From the IMG/VR virus record IMGVR_UViG_3300037631_006232, positions 83,117-147,116 of that record: a stretch of DNA of 64,000 bases; one strand, 5' to 3'. Each line of letters starts with the position of its first letter. The first letter of the stretch is position 1. This document shows, one piece after another, positions 10,692-20,925 of the stretch. The notes beneath the pieces are model-generated. The model saw only the letters and a program-made list of their open reading frames with translations. It did no database searches and was not told where the DNA came from. Both the position numbers and the translations under genes were made by a program. Origin of the DNA: a virus. Its lineage: Duplodnaviria > Caudoviricetes.

Positions 10692-11491
10692 TTATCGCTA
10701 CTATACAGAAAGTTCTACCCGTATACCCTGAGTATATGCATGTACAGTGGACTATCTCCGATCCTAATTCTCAATCTGGTAAGGTAGATTTGCTTAGAGC
10801 GGGATCTCCCGAAGGACCTTTTGAAGTGGTCGCAGAAGGCCTTCCTACAGATACGTTCTTTTATCAGGACTATGAGCTAGCTAAGTTTGGTCTTAGTCAA
10901 AACTTTTGGTACAGGTTACGAGTTACCTCTAAAGTAAAACCTGATGAGGTAGTTCTTAGTGACCCAAGAACTGTAGAGTTTAATGCTCAGCCTCATAGAT
11001 ATAGAGTTGTTAGGAAAGCTAGGCGGGACTTATATATAACACTAAGCAAACTGAACGGTAGCATCTATGTTTTACTTAAAAGAAAACGGTTTGGGCCTAG
11101 ATGTAGTACTTGTTATAATGAGTTTACCCAAGACGTAGTACTCAGTAATTGTGGGGAGTGTTATGCTACTGGGTACGAAGGTGGCTACCATGACCCTGTT
11201 AGTATTTGGGGTAAGTTAGACCCTACTCTCATACGTCAACAGTTTGGTACACAAGGTATTAGCGAATCCTCTATGTTAGGATTTGTAACTCTGGATTACC
11301 CCCTAATAGATCTAGAAGATATACTTGTGGAGCAACAAACTAATAGACGGTTCTTAGTAAAACAGAAAATACAGACACAGTCTAGTGGCATTCCTGTACA
11401 CCAAGACTTGCAAGTCTCGGAGCTTGCTAGGACAGCTGTGGAGTATTCTATCCCTGTGAGGTTAACAGATGGCGCAGTACGAAAATACTAA
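10688..11491 (+). CDS. putative neck/head-closure protein with CxxC motifs
   Basis: RCSTC...CGECYATGYEGGY motif; position. Confidence 0.55.
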   Translation: MIIATIQKVLPVYPEYMHVQWTISDPNSQSGKVDLLRAGSPEGPFEVVAEGLPTDTFFYQDYELAKFGLSQNFWYRLRVTSKVKPDEVVLSDPRTVEFNAQPHRYRVVRKARRDLYITLSKLNGSIYVLLKRKRFGPRCSTCYNEFTQDVVLSNCGECYATGYEGGYHDPVSIWGKLDPTLIRQQFGTQGISESSMLGFVTLDYPLIDLEDILVEQQTNRRFLVKQKIQTQSSGIPVHQDLQVSELARTAVEYSIPVRLTDGAVRKY

Positions 11492-12062
11492 TAAGTATGT
11501 AGGTGAAAAATTTACTCTTGATATCATAGGTGCTTTTGTTTACGTAGTGAGGGACAGGTTTACTAATCAAAGGTTTAAAGAGTTTCCATGGAAATACTCA
11601 GAGGATTCTAATAAGACCAGGGTATTCATAGAAGCTGGCTCTGTAGATTCTTATGAGCAAAAAGATGCTCGTCCGGGAATATACCTAGATAGGTCTAGCA
11701 TGGTGTTCTCTAAGTTGGCCATTAACAACATGGCTAACTACGATGTTACTACTGGTGTAAAAGACTTTTATTGTCTAGGAGGTGGTCAGATATCCATAGA
11801 CTGTATCTCACAAAATAGAGGAGAGTCTACGACATTGGCAGATATAGTGGCTAGCCATGTATTAATGAGTGAGGATGTCTTTAGATCTGTACTGAGTTTT
11901 AGAGACATGAGTCCTGTTACTTTAGGAGCTACTCAACCTTGGGAAAAGGATGATAGAACTTTTATAACTAGGGTTACTACTGAGTTTACTTATGACTTAT
12001 CTTGGAAAATAGACCCTCTGGCTGTAAGATTAGAAAGAATATTTACTTCTGTAAAAACATAG
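11469..12062 (+). CDS. putative tail terminator/completion protein
   Basis: position directly before sheath; alpha/beta pattern. Confidence 0.45.
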   Translation: MAQYENTNKYVGEKFTLDIIGAFVYVVRDRFTNQRFKEFPWKYSEDSNKTRVFIEAGSVDSYEQKDARPGIYLDRSSMVFSKLAINNMANYDVTTGVKDFYCLGGGQISIDCISQNRGESTTLADIVASHVLMSEDVFRSVLSFRDMSPVTLGATQPWEKDDRTFITRVTTEFTYDLSWKIDPLAVRLERIFTSVKT

Positions 12063-12129
12063 CCTACTTGTTAAAAACAGCCAGTCTAAGCATAATTCTT
12101 ATATACATCTATGTTTATAATTTAGGAGA

Positions 12130-14580
12130 ATGACAATGCCTAGGCCATTGGTAGAAGTGCGTCAGTCCGTACTTAATCCTGTTGTAACCATAAACGATCC
12201 TCAGCAACAGGTTTGTTTAGTCGGTTTACACGTTAAGGATGTTGAAAACAAAATTTTAAAATCTGTAGATCGCATAGCTGATGTGCCTGCAGGTAATTCC
12301 CTATATATAACTGCCCAGTTCGCAGACCATCAGGCAGTGTCGGTCAGTGAGCCTGGAACAGTTATAAATCAGGATATTGATCTAGGAGATGATGCTTATG
12401 ATATTGAAGGTGATTTAGAAGTCATCTTTAAAAAAGTTGTGGTAGCTGAGGCCGAACTTACTGCAGGATATTCTAACGCAGTTGATGCTACTTTTGTATC
12501 AGGTAGCATACTTTTGGCGGACCCCGACCTTCTAGATGCGTATGCAGATAGAGATCTAAGTAAGATGAGTATCGCTTTACAGCCCGCATCCACTCATTTT
12601 AATAAATTGGTGGCCTCCACAAACTCCAGCGTAGATTTTTCCACAGGAATCCTAGGTACAGGAAACTCTGCCGAAGTTAATGAATTCTTGCGAGATCTAG
12701 CTCCCGGAGGCTCGGTATTTCTGTATGACACTGTTAATACTGCTTTCAGGACTTTTAAGGTTATTAGAAAAACTGCGAGCGCTATTTACCTAAGAGGCAT
12801 TGATGCAGTTTCTCGAGCTATGTTGGTGGAAAACTCTTCAAGCTTTAGTGTCTATTCGACTGCTGCTCTGGCTGATATTATTCCTGGCGTATCCTTTGAT
12901 TTAAATTACCCAGAGGTTTTTGAAGCCGCTATTACAGGGTTTTCTGCAGAGGGGAGTGACCCTTATGCTCGGGTAGAATTCGATGCCGAACCTAATTTCG
13001 CAGTGGATGTAGGGGATAAGGCCAGTGCTAAAGGAGCCTTGCTCCATACCATCGAAGACGCTGATGCTCCAGTAAGTAAAACTACGGATGCAGCGGACGC
13101 GCTTGTTGTTACCTTGACAGCCACAGGTGCCGAATTCACTATTCATAGAGACAAATTTGTAGCTACGCCCAGCTACTCAGGAGCTGCAGCAAAGAAAATT
13201 GTTAGAGCAGATTTAGTCACTAGTTATAGTGTTGCAAATACAACATACTCTACAGGTGCTGTTTCTGTAAACGCTAACACCAGGAGCTCTGTTCTTGGGG
13301 CTTCTTCTAGTACTAACCCTCTTAGCCTTGCTGCTGAGCTAGCTTTGTTAAACTCGGGTGATAGCTCTATTTCTGTCTTAGGATTGGACCTAAGTCCTGA
13401 AGAAGGTGCGACTACTCCTAGGTCTTTAAAAGCTGCTTTTACCCAAGCCCTAAGTATTCTTAATCGTAATTCTAATATTTACGCTATGGTACCCTTAACA
13501 CAAGATCTCAGCATTGCTAAACAATTTGCTAATGCGGCGGATAGTTTAAGCCTACCTGCTAAAGGTAAGTTTAGAATATGCTTAGGTACTAGCCCAGGAG
13601 CTCCTAGTGTTGAATACCTTATTGGAAGTGCTACAACACCCAGTACTTCCGGTTCTTATACCCACAATACTACTTCTATCATTGATACTGTTAATTCTTT
13701 TAAACGAAGTGGATCTGCAGTTTTGATAGGGGATACTATTACATTAACAGAGGCAAGCACAGTCTATACAGGAGCAGTATCCGGAGTAACTAGTTCTAAG
13801 CTAACCATTACTTGGGATACTAATAGTGCTCCTACAGGGGATATCGCTGCAGTAGACGCCTACACCGTAACAAGAAGCTTGCTTGCGTCTACTAAGATTG
13901 ATAGGCAAATAGAGTTACTTAGCGCAGACTCTGCAGGAGTAGCTTCTAAACGGTTATTTATCACTTTCCCTGGAAAATGTACTGTAACAGCTACTACCGC
14001 TGAGGGAGGGGTATCTCTGGCGGGGGCTCCTGGGTACTACCTAACGGCAGCATTCTCAGGACTACTGGCTAGAGTAGAGATTCATAGGCCTAAAAACTTT
14101 ATAGGTCTGCAAGGGGTTACTAACCTCGCTAATTGGAATCGTTTTACAGATAGCCAACTAGATCAGATTTCTGATGCAGGATATTTAGTGTTCCAACAGA
14201 ATACTAGTAGCTCGTCTCCTTTCTGTATTCACCAAGTAAATACTTTCCATGGGACTCAAGCCGGCACACAAGAATTCACAGAGTTGTCTGTGCTAGCTAA
14301 TTTTGACTTTGTATCTAGGTACTTTAAAGATATTGTTAATCCTTTCGCAGGCACTGTTAATATTGTTCAAAGTACTTTAGGTATTATTAAAGCCAGCCTA
14401 GATTCTGGTATAGCTAATCTACGTTCTAGAAGAGTATCTACTATCGGAGCTCCTCTCATAAGCGGGACTGTAGATTTTGTAAAACAATCTGCCAGTGATG
14501 ATGGTACAGTAGAAACTCAAATTACTGTGTCCCTTCCTAAGGTTTTAAATAAGATTACCATAGACGTAGTCTCTAGCTAA
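12130..14580 (+). CDS. contractile tail sheath protein
   Basis: 816 aa; conserved sheath-like C-terminus (PGYYLTAAFSGL...QLDQISDAGYLVF...ELSVLANFDFVS...VLNKITIDV). Confidence 0.8.
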   Translation: MTMPRPLVEVRQSVLNPVVTINDPQQQVCLVGLHVKDVENKILKSVDRIADVPAGNSLYITAQFADHQAVSVSEPGTVINQDIDLGDDAYDIEGDLEVIFKKVVVAEAELTAGYSNAVDATFVSGSILLADPDLLDAYADRDLSKMSIALQPASTHFNKLVASTNSSVDFSTGILGTGNSAEVNEFLRDLAPGGSVFLYDTVNTAFRTFKVIRKTASAIYLRGIDAVSRAMLVENSSSFSVYSTAALADIIPGVSFDLNYPEVFEAAITGFSAEGSDPYARVEFDAEPNFAVDVGDKASAKGALLHTIEDADAPVSKTTDAADALVVTLTATGAEFTIHRDKFVATPSYSGAAAKKIVRADLVTSYSVANTTYSTGAVSVNANTRSSVLGASSSTNPLSLAAELALLNSGDSSISVLGLDLSPEEGATTPRSLKAAFTQALSILNRNSNIYAMVPLTQDLSIAKQFANAADSLSLPAKGKFRICLGTSPGAPSVEYLIGSATTPSTSGSYTHNTTSIIDTVNSFKRSGSAVLIGDTITLTEASTVYTGAVSGVTSSKLTITWDTNSAPTGDIAAVDAYTVTRSLLASTKIDRQIELLSADSAGVASKRLFITFPGKCTVTATTAEGGVSLAGAPGYYLTAAFSGLLARVEIHRPKNFIGLQGVTNLANWNRFTDSQLDQISDAGYLVFQQNTSSSSPFCIHQVNTFHGTQAGTQEFTELSVLANFDFVSRYFKDIVNPFAGTVNIVQSTLGIIKASLDSGIANLRSRRVSTIGAPLISGTVDFVKQSASDDGTVETQITVSLPKVLNKITIDVVSS

Positions 14581-14591
14581 GGAGTTGAACA

Positions 14592-15323
14592 ATGGCGTTA
14601 AATAAAGTAACAAGTATAAGTCAATGGAACCCTCAAGGAAGTTGCATTGAAAGATTTATGGATAATGCTGCCTACACTAGTGCACATCCCGACGATACGC
14701 TAGTATTGGTAGGGCCTGCTAGGTATTCCAGCGTTAATGATAATGGCGGAGGCACCGATAAATTAACTGCAATCGGTATGATGCAGCAAATGTCTGTGGC
14801 ACAACAAAGAGCAGTGCAGCCGGTGCAAGCTATCGGGTCAGGTAGAAGTTACTTCTTAGCAGGTAAACCTAACGTGCAACTTAATATCGGACGTCTCTTT
14901 GCTAAAGGCCCCAATCTAAATAGGGCTCTGTACAAAAATCTAATTAATGATGAGAACGTGACAAAGTTTAATCCCGAAGAACCGGCTTCTTCTCAAGCCT
15001 ATACTGATGGGGTATTTAATTTAGATTCGGAACTGTTCTTGATACCTTTTGGACTATGCGTCTTATTTAGAGATAAATCGGGAGGTAATTTAGGTAGTTT
15101 TTACGTCGAATCCTGCATGATTCAGAGCTACAATATAGGTATAGCCTCCGGACAAAATGTAGTTATGGAGAATGTTACTGGACTAGCTGACAGGATTCTA
15201 CCTATTGATATTACGGCGGCTACTGATGCCACTGCTAACTTCTTTAGAACTGAGTCGGGTGGAAATACCGTGACTTCTTCTGAAGGAGATTACACCGACT
15301 TTGGTACAGGTACCTTGCGTTAA
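14592..15323 (+). CDS. tail tube protein
   Basis: follows sheath; IGMMQQMSVAQQRAVQPVQAIGS...ESCMIQSYNIGI pattern. Confidence 0.7.
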   Translation: MALNKVTSISQWNPQGSCIERFMDNAAYTSAHPDDTLVLVGPARYSSVNDNGGGTDKLTAIGMMQQMSVAQQRAVQPVQAIGSGRSYFLAGKPNVQLNIGRLFAKGPNLNRALYKNLINDENVTKFNPEEPASSQAYTDGVFNLDSELFLIPFGLCVLFRDKSGGNLGSFYVESCMIQSYNIGIASGQNVVMENVTGLADRILPIDITAATDATANFFRTESGGNTVTSSEGDYTDFGTGTLR

Positions 15324-15384
15324 TATATTGCAAACTAGGCAGGAGAGCAGTACACTCTTACAACTAATATAAGGAGGTGTTCTC

Positions 15385-16908
15385 TTGCCTATACAACAAT
15401 CTTTTAACATACAGCACGGGGTAGTAGTTACCTCTAGCCCCAACACCTATACATGCGAAGTCAGAGAAGACTCTGCTATAGGCTCTTCTAAAGATACAAT
15501 AACGTGCAACATACTACAGTCTGTATACTCTTCCAAAGAAGATTCTATTGGGTTTTTCTTGCCAGAGGCGGAGACTAAAGTTCTGTTTATATCTACAGTA
15601 TCTGGGCACGGTACTATACTTGGGTACCTACCAGAAACATCCGCAGAAAGACTGCCTCCTTCCAGTTTAGATCCTATAGCTAATCAAGATGTAGCTAATT
15701 ATAAAGGTAACTTAGATAGCGACATATTGCCGGGCGATCTTATAACTAGGATAGGATCAAGCTCTGTTCTTCTTACAGACTCTAGTTACTCGGCTAAATC
15801 AGGTACTGCTGAGATTGTTCTAGATAATCAATACGGCAACTCTTGTATTAGAAGTTCTGCTAATACCGTAAAGCACGATAATTCCTTGTTTTCCTTTATG
15901 GTTTCTGACCCAGGAGGTTCTAGCTCTCCTAGAATGGATATGGATTTTTTCTTAGGAAATAAATCTAATAGAGGATCTTACAAAACTAGTTACAAAGAGA
16001 GCTCTACTCCTACCATGAGTATAACCTCTTCTGTAGATAAACCTCTAGAGCTGAAAATGCCTAAGTCCAGTATAAGTATAGATAGTATGGGCCGGTTAGT
16101 TCTAGAAGGTAAAAGTGTTACTATAAAGAGTGATGGTAAGGTGCAATCTTGGGGAGAAGGTGAAGAGGAAACCTTGCATAGGGTACTATCTACAGATATC
16201 CACTTAGAGTCTACTCGCAATGTGTCTATAAAAGCTGATTATGGGACCCTAGATTTACACGGGAATCAAGCTAAGTTAAAAGGGGATTCTGGCGTTAGTA
16301 TCGATGGTGCTAAGGTAAGTATTATCTCTAATGATACACGAGAGAATGCTCTGCCAGGGATAGACCAGACACTGCTACTTAACGCAGCTCGAGGAGGTAT
16401 AGAGATAAAATCCGGATTAAAAATACCTAATGATAGCAGTATAACAAAACCGGGTATAGCACTGGAGTCGGAGGCGGGAGGTGATATACACATAAAAACT
16501 AACCCTAATGTAGGGTCGGGGTTTTCTACGGGATCTATAGTTTTAGATGCTTCGCTACCTCTTAGTGTGAGTGGTTCAGGGGGTGTAGGGAGTTATGGTA
16601 TTGTACTAAACTCCCCTAATGTAATACTTGGTGGTTATGCTGGCGTTCCCGACACTCCTAAAGGCGTTATTAGTCCTTTCGCCCCTCCAGTACCTCCTAT
16701 AGTAGATGGTCCTTTAAAACACTTTTCACAGATGACCATACATTATCCCGCGCTACTAGCAGCCGGTAATAAAGGGCTTACTGCGGCTTTTCCTATAACG
16801 TCTTTTATATCAGTACCTATTTTTACAGGTATAATGGCTACTGCTTTAGCTCTAATGGCGGCTCCTACAATAGGTAGGCCTACTTCAGTACATTTAGGAG
16901 GTATATAA
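15385..16908 (+). CDS. putative baseplate hub/spike (gp5/VgrG-like) protein
   Basis: TTG start after AGGAGG; N-terminal OB-like region (HGVVVT...LPEAETKVL...ILGYLP) then beta-helix-like repeats. Confidence 0.5.
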   Translation: MPIQQSFNIQHGVVVTSSPNTYTCEVREDSAIGSSKDTITCNILQSVYSSKEDSIGFFLPEAETKVLFISTVSGHGTILGYLPETSAERLPPSSLDPIANQDVANYKGNLDSDILPGDLITRIGSSSVLLTDSSYSAKSGTAEIVLDNQYGNSCIRSSANTVKHDNSLFSFMVSDPGGSSSPRMDMDFFLGNKSNRGSYKTSYKESSTPTMSITSSVDKPLELKMPKSSISIDSMGRLVLEGKSVTIKSDGKVQSWGEGEEETLHRVLSTDIHLESTRNVSIKADYGTLDLHGNQAKLKGDSGVSIDGAKVSIISNDTRENALPGIDQTLLLNAARGGIEIKSGLKIPNDSSITKPGIALESEAGGDIHIKTNPNVGSGFSTGSIVLDASLPLSVSGSGGVGSYGIVLNSPNVILGGYAGVPDTPKGVISPFAPPVPPIVDGPLKHFSQMTIHYPALLAAGNKGLTAAFPITSFISVPIFTGIMATALALMAAPTIGRPTSVHLGGI

Positions 16909-17048
16909 TGAATAAGTCAGAATTAAAAAAATCTTTACAAGAACTTCAAAAAGCCCTGGATAAGCTAGGTAAGATGAAGATAGCCGAAGCTCAAAAAGAG
17001 ATCAGTACTTATGTAGAAGCTCTTAATAAGAAGGATCGAGGATCATAA
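16908..17048 (+). CDS. small coiled-coil protein, 46 aa (not in ORF track)
   Basis: TAATG coupling, AGGAGG RBS; MNKSELKKSLQELQKALDKLG... Confidence 0.55.
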   Translation: MNKSELKKSLQELQKALDKLGKMKIAEAQKEISTYVEALNKKDRGS

Positions 17049-17051
17049 AGT

Positions 17052-19337
17052 ATGCCTGCCACTACCTTTACACCTATAAAAAAGCATTTAGGCGAGTTTA
17101 TAAAAGCCACCTCAGATGTTAACAATACTTTGCTAGGGTTCTCTAATGATTACAGTACTGTGTATTCTGCAGGTTCTGGGGTAGTTAAGCCGCAGCTTGA
17201 AGATTCTTACTACTGGAACGCCGCCAACCTATTTACAGGTGTTAATGCCGAAAGTTTCGAAGAGCTCACTAGCATACGAGATGCTTTAAAGGTTTTTAAC
17301 GTAGTACTAGGCGGCGCTATAGAGGTATTACAGATAGTGATATCCCTATCCACTGATTTAGTTAAAGGGCCTACTCAACTTATTCTGCAATCCATAGCCA
17401 GCTTGATAGATAAATTAATAGCCTTATTTAACCCTTCTATAAATTTATCGGCACTCTACATTCCTCCTATGTTTGGTAAAGTCACAGAAGATTTAAAAAC
17501 CTATAGTAATAGTACTGCGCAAGAAAAAGCCTACGTTAGTAGCATTACAGCTAAAAATACCTTGATAGATAGTTTGACTAGAACTACTGCTTTTTTACCT
17601 ACTTCTTTAAGAAGTAACATAGATTCCTTAATAGCAAATAATTCACCTTCTTTTGGAAGTGCCTACTTGCTATCTACTCTACGTAAAAAGGTACGTGATA
17701 AAGAAGATAGCAATAGACCAGAACTCAGTGCTAATAGCTTTTGGTGTGGGTTTGGTGTGTTTATAGGTAGCCCTTTGCCTCATACTGTTCTAGAAAGTTG
17801 GAATTCTTTTAACAGCTTACTAAAACCAGGTACTACCTTACTGTTACCTCCTCCTGAGAACTTCCCCCCTACGCCTACTATACAAGCGCATAAGGTTAGT
17901 GAGTTATCGGGTAGGCTATCTAGCACTCCGGATAGCATTTCGCTAAGCCCCGTACAAAGATCTATAGTATGTAGGCCTTTAGTTCCTACCGACTACTCGT
18001 CCCCTACTACTACCTTCACTTTTACAGCTCGCTTAATCTATTTTAGTATACGTAGTGAGCTAACCTCGGATAAAGCTATTCCTTTAGCTAGCGATTTAGC
18101 CAAGGATGTAAACACTTTCTTACATAGTTCCGGAGGAGTAGCTAATGAGCTTAATGTAGAGACTAGGAATACAAATACTAATTTTATGTTATTTTCTAGA
18201 AGTGTGCCGAGTACTACTAGAGTAGTTAATTTAATTAAAAAACTAGACACCTCTGTAGTAGAGCTTGAAGCTCTCACTTACTCTATTCCAGTGTATAAAG
18301 CGTTCCTAGCTGTAGACGTATACTCAGTTACCGCTAACCAAACTACCTTACATTATCCCATGCTATCTGGACCAATGGTGACTAAGGTTCTTCCTGCTAA
18401 TTCGGGAGGTAGTTTTGATATTAGCTACACCTCAAGCAATCCCCTATTAAATCCCGGAGGGGGCTTATTTCCTAGCTGGTACTCCGCAGGGTTTGCAATA
18501 AACATACTGCCCAATGCGTTATCTGAAGTGGTAAATTTTTTAGATCTTTTTAAAACCTATATAGATGCTTTCTCTGATAGCGTTTTAGATTTTTTAACTA
18601 ACTTACTTAATGGCTTAAAAGATTTTCTAAATATGGTTCAGGATCTTATAGCGCAGATTGACTCTTTTATTAAGTTACTAGATAGTTTAACTAGTATATC
18701 TACAAGCATTGGTGCTTCCGTTATGGCGTTTTCAGGAGAAGGAGGTACCTCTCCTTTTCTAAATATGTTTGAAGAGTATCTCAGCACAGAAGAAACTAAG
18801 CCTACTAGCTTATCAGAAGTACTTACTGAGTACCCACAAAGAGAAACAGTGGATGTAACCTTAGACGGTTTAGTTAAGGTGGCTAAAGAGTCTCCTTCTT
18901 CTGTAGAGACTGTAGTAGGTAACTATAAGGACTACTTATCTAAGCTAAAAGATGAGACTACTAATAACTATGCTACCAGTTCTAACATAGTCCCTAAAAG
19001 ACGTAGTGGGACTTTTGGAACATATTCCGGAGCAAAAAGCCCTATGTTTACAGATAATGACACTACTTGTGGTATTATCCTAGTAGCTACTAGTAGGACT
19101 TTGGACGAGCTTAATAATATAAAGAAGTTACTAGATCTGTTATTTGAAGAAGAAGATACTCCTAGAGTAGAACCCCTATCAGAGGCTTTAGCTAAGGTTG
19201 GAAATCTTTCAGTAGACTTACCTAATTTAGTACCTCAAGAGCTACTGTTAACAGAAGAGGCGCCTATCCCCTTATTTAGTTCTAATATGTCTTTGACTAC
19301 TAATACAGAAAAAAGTCCTTTTGATTTTTGTCCCTGA
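17052..19337 (+). CDS. large baseplate/tail-associated hypothetical protein
   Basis: 761 aa with amphipathic helices; last gene of tail operon. Confidence 0.45.
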   Translation: MPATTFTPIKKHLGEFIKATSDVNNTLLGFSNDYSTVYSAGSGVVKPQLEDSYYWNAANLFTGVNAESFEELTSIRDALKVFNVVLGGAIEVLQIVISLSTDLVKGPTQLILQSIASLIDKLIALFNPSINLSALYIPPMFGKVTEDLKTYSNSTAQEKAYVSSITAKNTLIDSLTRTTAFLPTSLRSNIDSLIANNSPSFGSAYLLSTLRKKVRDKEDSNRPELSANSFWCGFGVFIGSPLPHTVLESWNSFNSLLKPGTTLLLPPPENFPPTPTIQAHKVSELSGRLSSTPDSISLSPVQRSIVCRPLVPTDYSSPTTTFTFTARLIYFSIRSELTSDKAIPLASDLAKDVNTFLHSSGGVANELNVETRNTNTNFMLFSRSVPSTTRVVNLIKKLDTSVVELEALTYSIPVYKAFLAVDVYSVTANQTTLHYPMLSGPMVTKVLPANSGGSFDISYTSSNPLLNPGGGLFPSWYSAGFAINILPNALSEVVNFLDLFKTYIDAFSDSVLDFLTNLLNGLKDFLNMVQDLIAQIDSFIKLLDSLTSISTSIGASVMAFSGEGGTSPFLNMFEEYLSTEETKPTSLSEVLTEYPQRETVDVTLDGLVKVAKESPSSVETVVGNYKDYLSKLKDETTNNYATSSNIVPKRRSGTFGTYSGAKSPMFTDNDTTCGIILVATSRTLDELNNIKKLLDLLFEEEDTPRVEPLSEALAKVGNLSVDLPNLVPQELLLTEEAPIPLFSSNMSLTTNTEKSPFDFCP

Positions 19338-19497
19338 CATCGGTATCTGAAGCCTCTAAACTTTTTGATAAAAAGTAAAAAGTTTTTGCGTAGTCCATAA
19401 CGGTACCTAGATCTACTACATAGTGATCTCTATCTTTACGTAATAAGTCTATAGCTAGGTTAGTACATAGCTTTCTTAACTCAATATCCATATCCAT
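19300..19497 (-). CDS. hypothetical protein
   Basis: GGAGG RBS. Confidence 0.5.
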   Translation of the reverse strand: MDMDIELRKLCTNLAIDLLRKDRDHYVVDLGTVMDYAKTFYFLSKSLEASDTDVRDKNQKDFFLY

Positions 19498-19546
19498 ACA
19501 ACCTCCATGATAAGCAGTACCTGAGGGTTAGCTGAAGACCTGCGCT

Positions 19547-19846
19547 CTATTTTTCTAAAGATTTAAGAGATTCTTGGAGTTCCTTTCGGAATACCCATAC
19601 TCCCCCATAACCATAAGATAAAAATCCTAAAGTTACAATACTGATTAGGGATCTAATCAGTATACTTCCTAGAGAAGCGTTAGGTAGCATACTATTACGT
19701 AAACTAAAGGAGTGCAAGTCCCATCCTTGGGAGTTTAGTTTGTCCACGTGGTTTTGTGTATCTTTTTCGTAATCATCAAAGATCCTCCACCAGTATGACC
19801 ATCCACTATTAGTAGTAACTTTGTAGATGTATTTAGGCTGCGCCAT
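19547..19846 (-). CDS. DUF4177-like small membrane protein
   Basis: YIYKV...KLNSQGWDL...VFRKE pattern with internal TM helix. Confidence 0.5.
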   Translation of the reverse strand: MAQPKYIYKVTTNSGWSYWWRIFDDYEKDTQNHVDKLNSQGWDLHSFSLRNSMLPNASLGSILIRSLISIVTLGFLSYGYGGVWVFRKELQESLKSLEK

Positions 19847-19872
19847 TTTAGTATCCTTTTTATTGAATTCTA

Positions 19873-19945
19873 TGGGCCCTCTGGGACTTGAACCCAGGAC
19901 CGCCCGGTTATGAGCCGGGTGCTCTAACCACTGAGCTAAAGGCCC
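19873..19945 (-). tRNA. tRNA with CAT anticodon, likely tRNA-Ile2 (lysidine-modified, reads AUA)
   Basis: Cloverleaf GGGCCTTTAGCTCAGTGGTTAGAGCA-CCCGG CT CAT AA CCGGG-...GGTTCAAGTCC...GGGCCCA; acceptor/D arm resemble ileX-type tRNAs; no encoded CCA. Confidence 0.85.
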
Positions 19946-20109
19946 GAATTTGCTAGCAATATTTTAGCTTCTTTAGATATACTTACTGTATCCTTAGAAG
20001 ACATACTTAGGACTTGTTGCCTGTGTCGGTCTACCGGAGAAATATACTTAACTCTATGTACATCCCTCATATCATAGTATTTAGATACTGCCTCTGGTAG
20101 AGAAGTCAT
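19936..20109 (-). CDS. 57-aa protein with FlgM-like DxVxISxEA motif (not in ORF track)
   Basis: MTSLPEAVSK...KDTVSISKEAKILLANSGL; stop codon lies inside the tRNA 5' end. Confidence 0.4.
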   Translation of the reverse strand: MTSLPEAVSKYYDMRDVHRVKYISPVDRHRQQVLSMSSKDTVSISKEAKILLANSGL

Positions 20110-20112
20110 TTA

Positions 20113-20694
20113 TTAAAATCCGACGTCAAGACTCTTTCGAGCCTGTGCGTCCAAGTACTCTTTAGTCGCATCACACACAAAAGATAATGATGTCATTTTA
20201 GCACTAGCGCTAAGTACTAGCCGTACTCCGTCATCGCCCTCATTCCATGTGACTTTGATTCCGCCATTATCGTCTGCTGATGAATCATCGGCCTTTCGGC
20301 CGTATTTAGCGTTGATTTTCTTAGCTAACGCTAGCGCAGCACTTTGCCATCCCCCTGCCCGAGACAAGAAGGAGTCACTGTACATCCAGATCATTGCGTA
20401 CGTTACATTGTCTTTCGATAAGGCACCGAACCCGGCGAAGGTGCGGTCGTGCCGCCCCTCTTTCATTTCTGCAGTTAAAAGTACTTGGCCAGATCCCTGT
20501 TGGATCTCTTTAATCTTTCCTTTTTTGGCCCACTTCTTTTTCATCCCGCGCTTATTCTGGTTAACGCTCTTACCGATAACCGCTCCGTGCGGTAATGGTT
20601 TAAGTTTAAAATTACTGCAGTCAGGGATCTTAGCCCAAGAAAAAGCAGGTGTTAAGGCCAGTAGTAATAGTAATGTGTATATAGAAGATTTCAT
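20113..20694 (-). CDS. exported hypothetical protein
   Basis: Sec-type signal peptide (MKSSIYTLLLLLALTPAFSWA); AGGAG RBS. Confidence 0.65.
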   Translation of the reverse strand: MKSSIYTLLLLLALTPAFSWAKIPDCSNFKLKPLPHGAVIGKSVNQNKRGMKKKWAKKGKIKEIQQGSGQVLLTAEMKEGRHDRTFAGFGALSKDNVTYAMIWMYSDSFLSRAGGWQSAALALAKKINAKYGRKADDSSADDNGGIKVTWNEGDDGVRLVLSASAKMTSLSFVCDATKEYLDAQARKSLDVGF

Positions 20695-20723
20695 CTTTGC
20701 TCCTCATGCATAGGTTAGTAAAC

Positions 20724-20793
20724 CCCGAACACTTACGGGTGCACCAACTCGCAGATGGAGGGGCATCTACGGATTGAACTGCAAGTGTTCGGG
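20724..20793 (-). ncRNA. candidate structured RNA/leader hairpin
   Basis: 13-bp outer stem CCCGAACACTTGC/GTAAGTGTTCGGG and inner stem CGTAGATG/CATCTGCG; G-U pairs form on the - strand only. Confidence 0.4.
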
Positions 20794-20850
20794 AGCGTGA
20801 TAATTTCACACTCTTTTATAGAAAGCAACCCCCTCTCACCGAATACACAC

Positions 20851-20886
20851 AAAAAAAAACAGAGACACCCGAAGATGCCTCTGCTT
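20851..20886 (-). terminator. intrinsic terminator downstream of tRNA-Arg(TCT)
   Basis: GCAGAGGCATC-TTCG-GGTGTCTCTG + T-run; UUCG tetraloop. Confidence 0.8.
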
Positions 20887-20925
20887 AAGTAATACTTCTT
20901 TTTCTCTTTCTATCACAAAAGAGAG

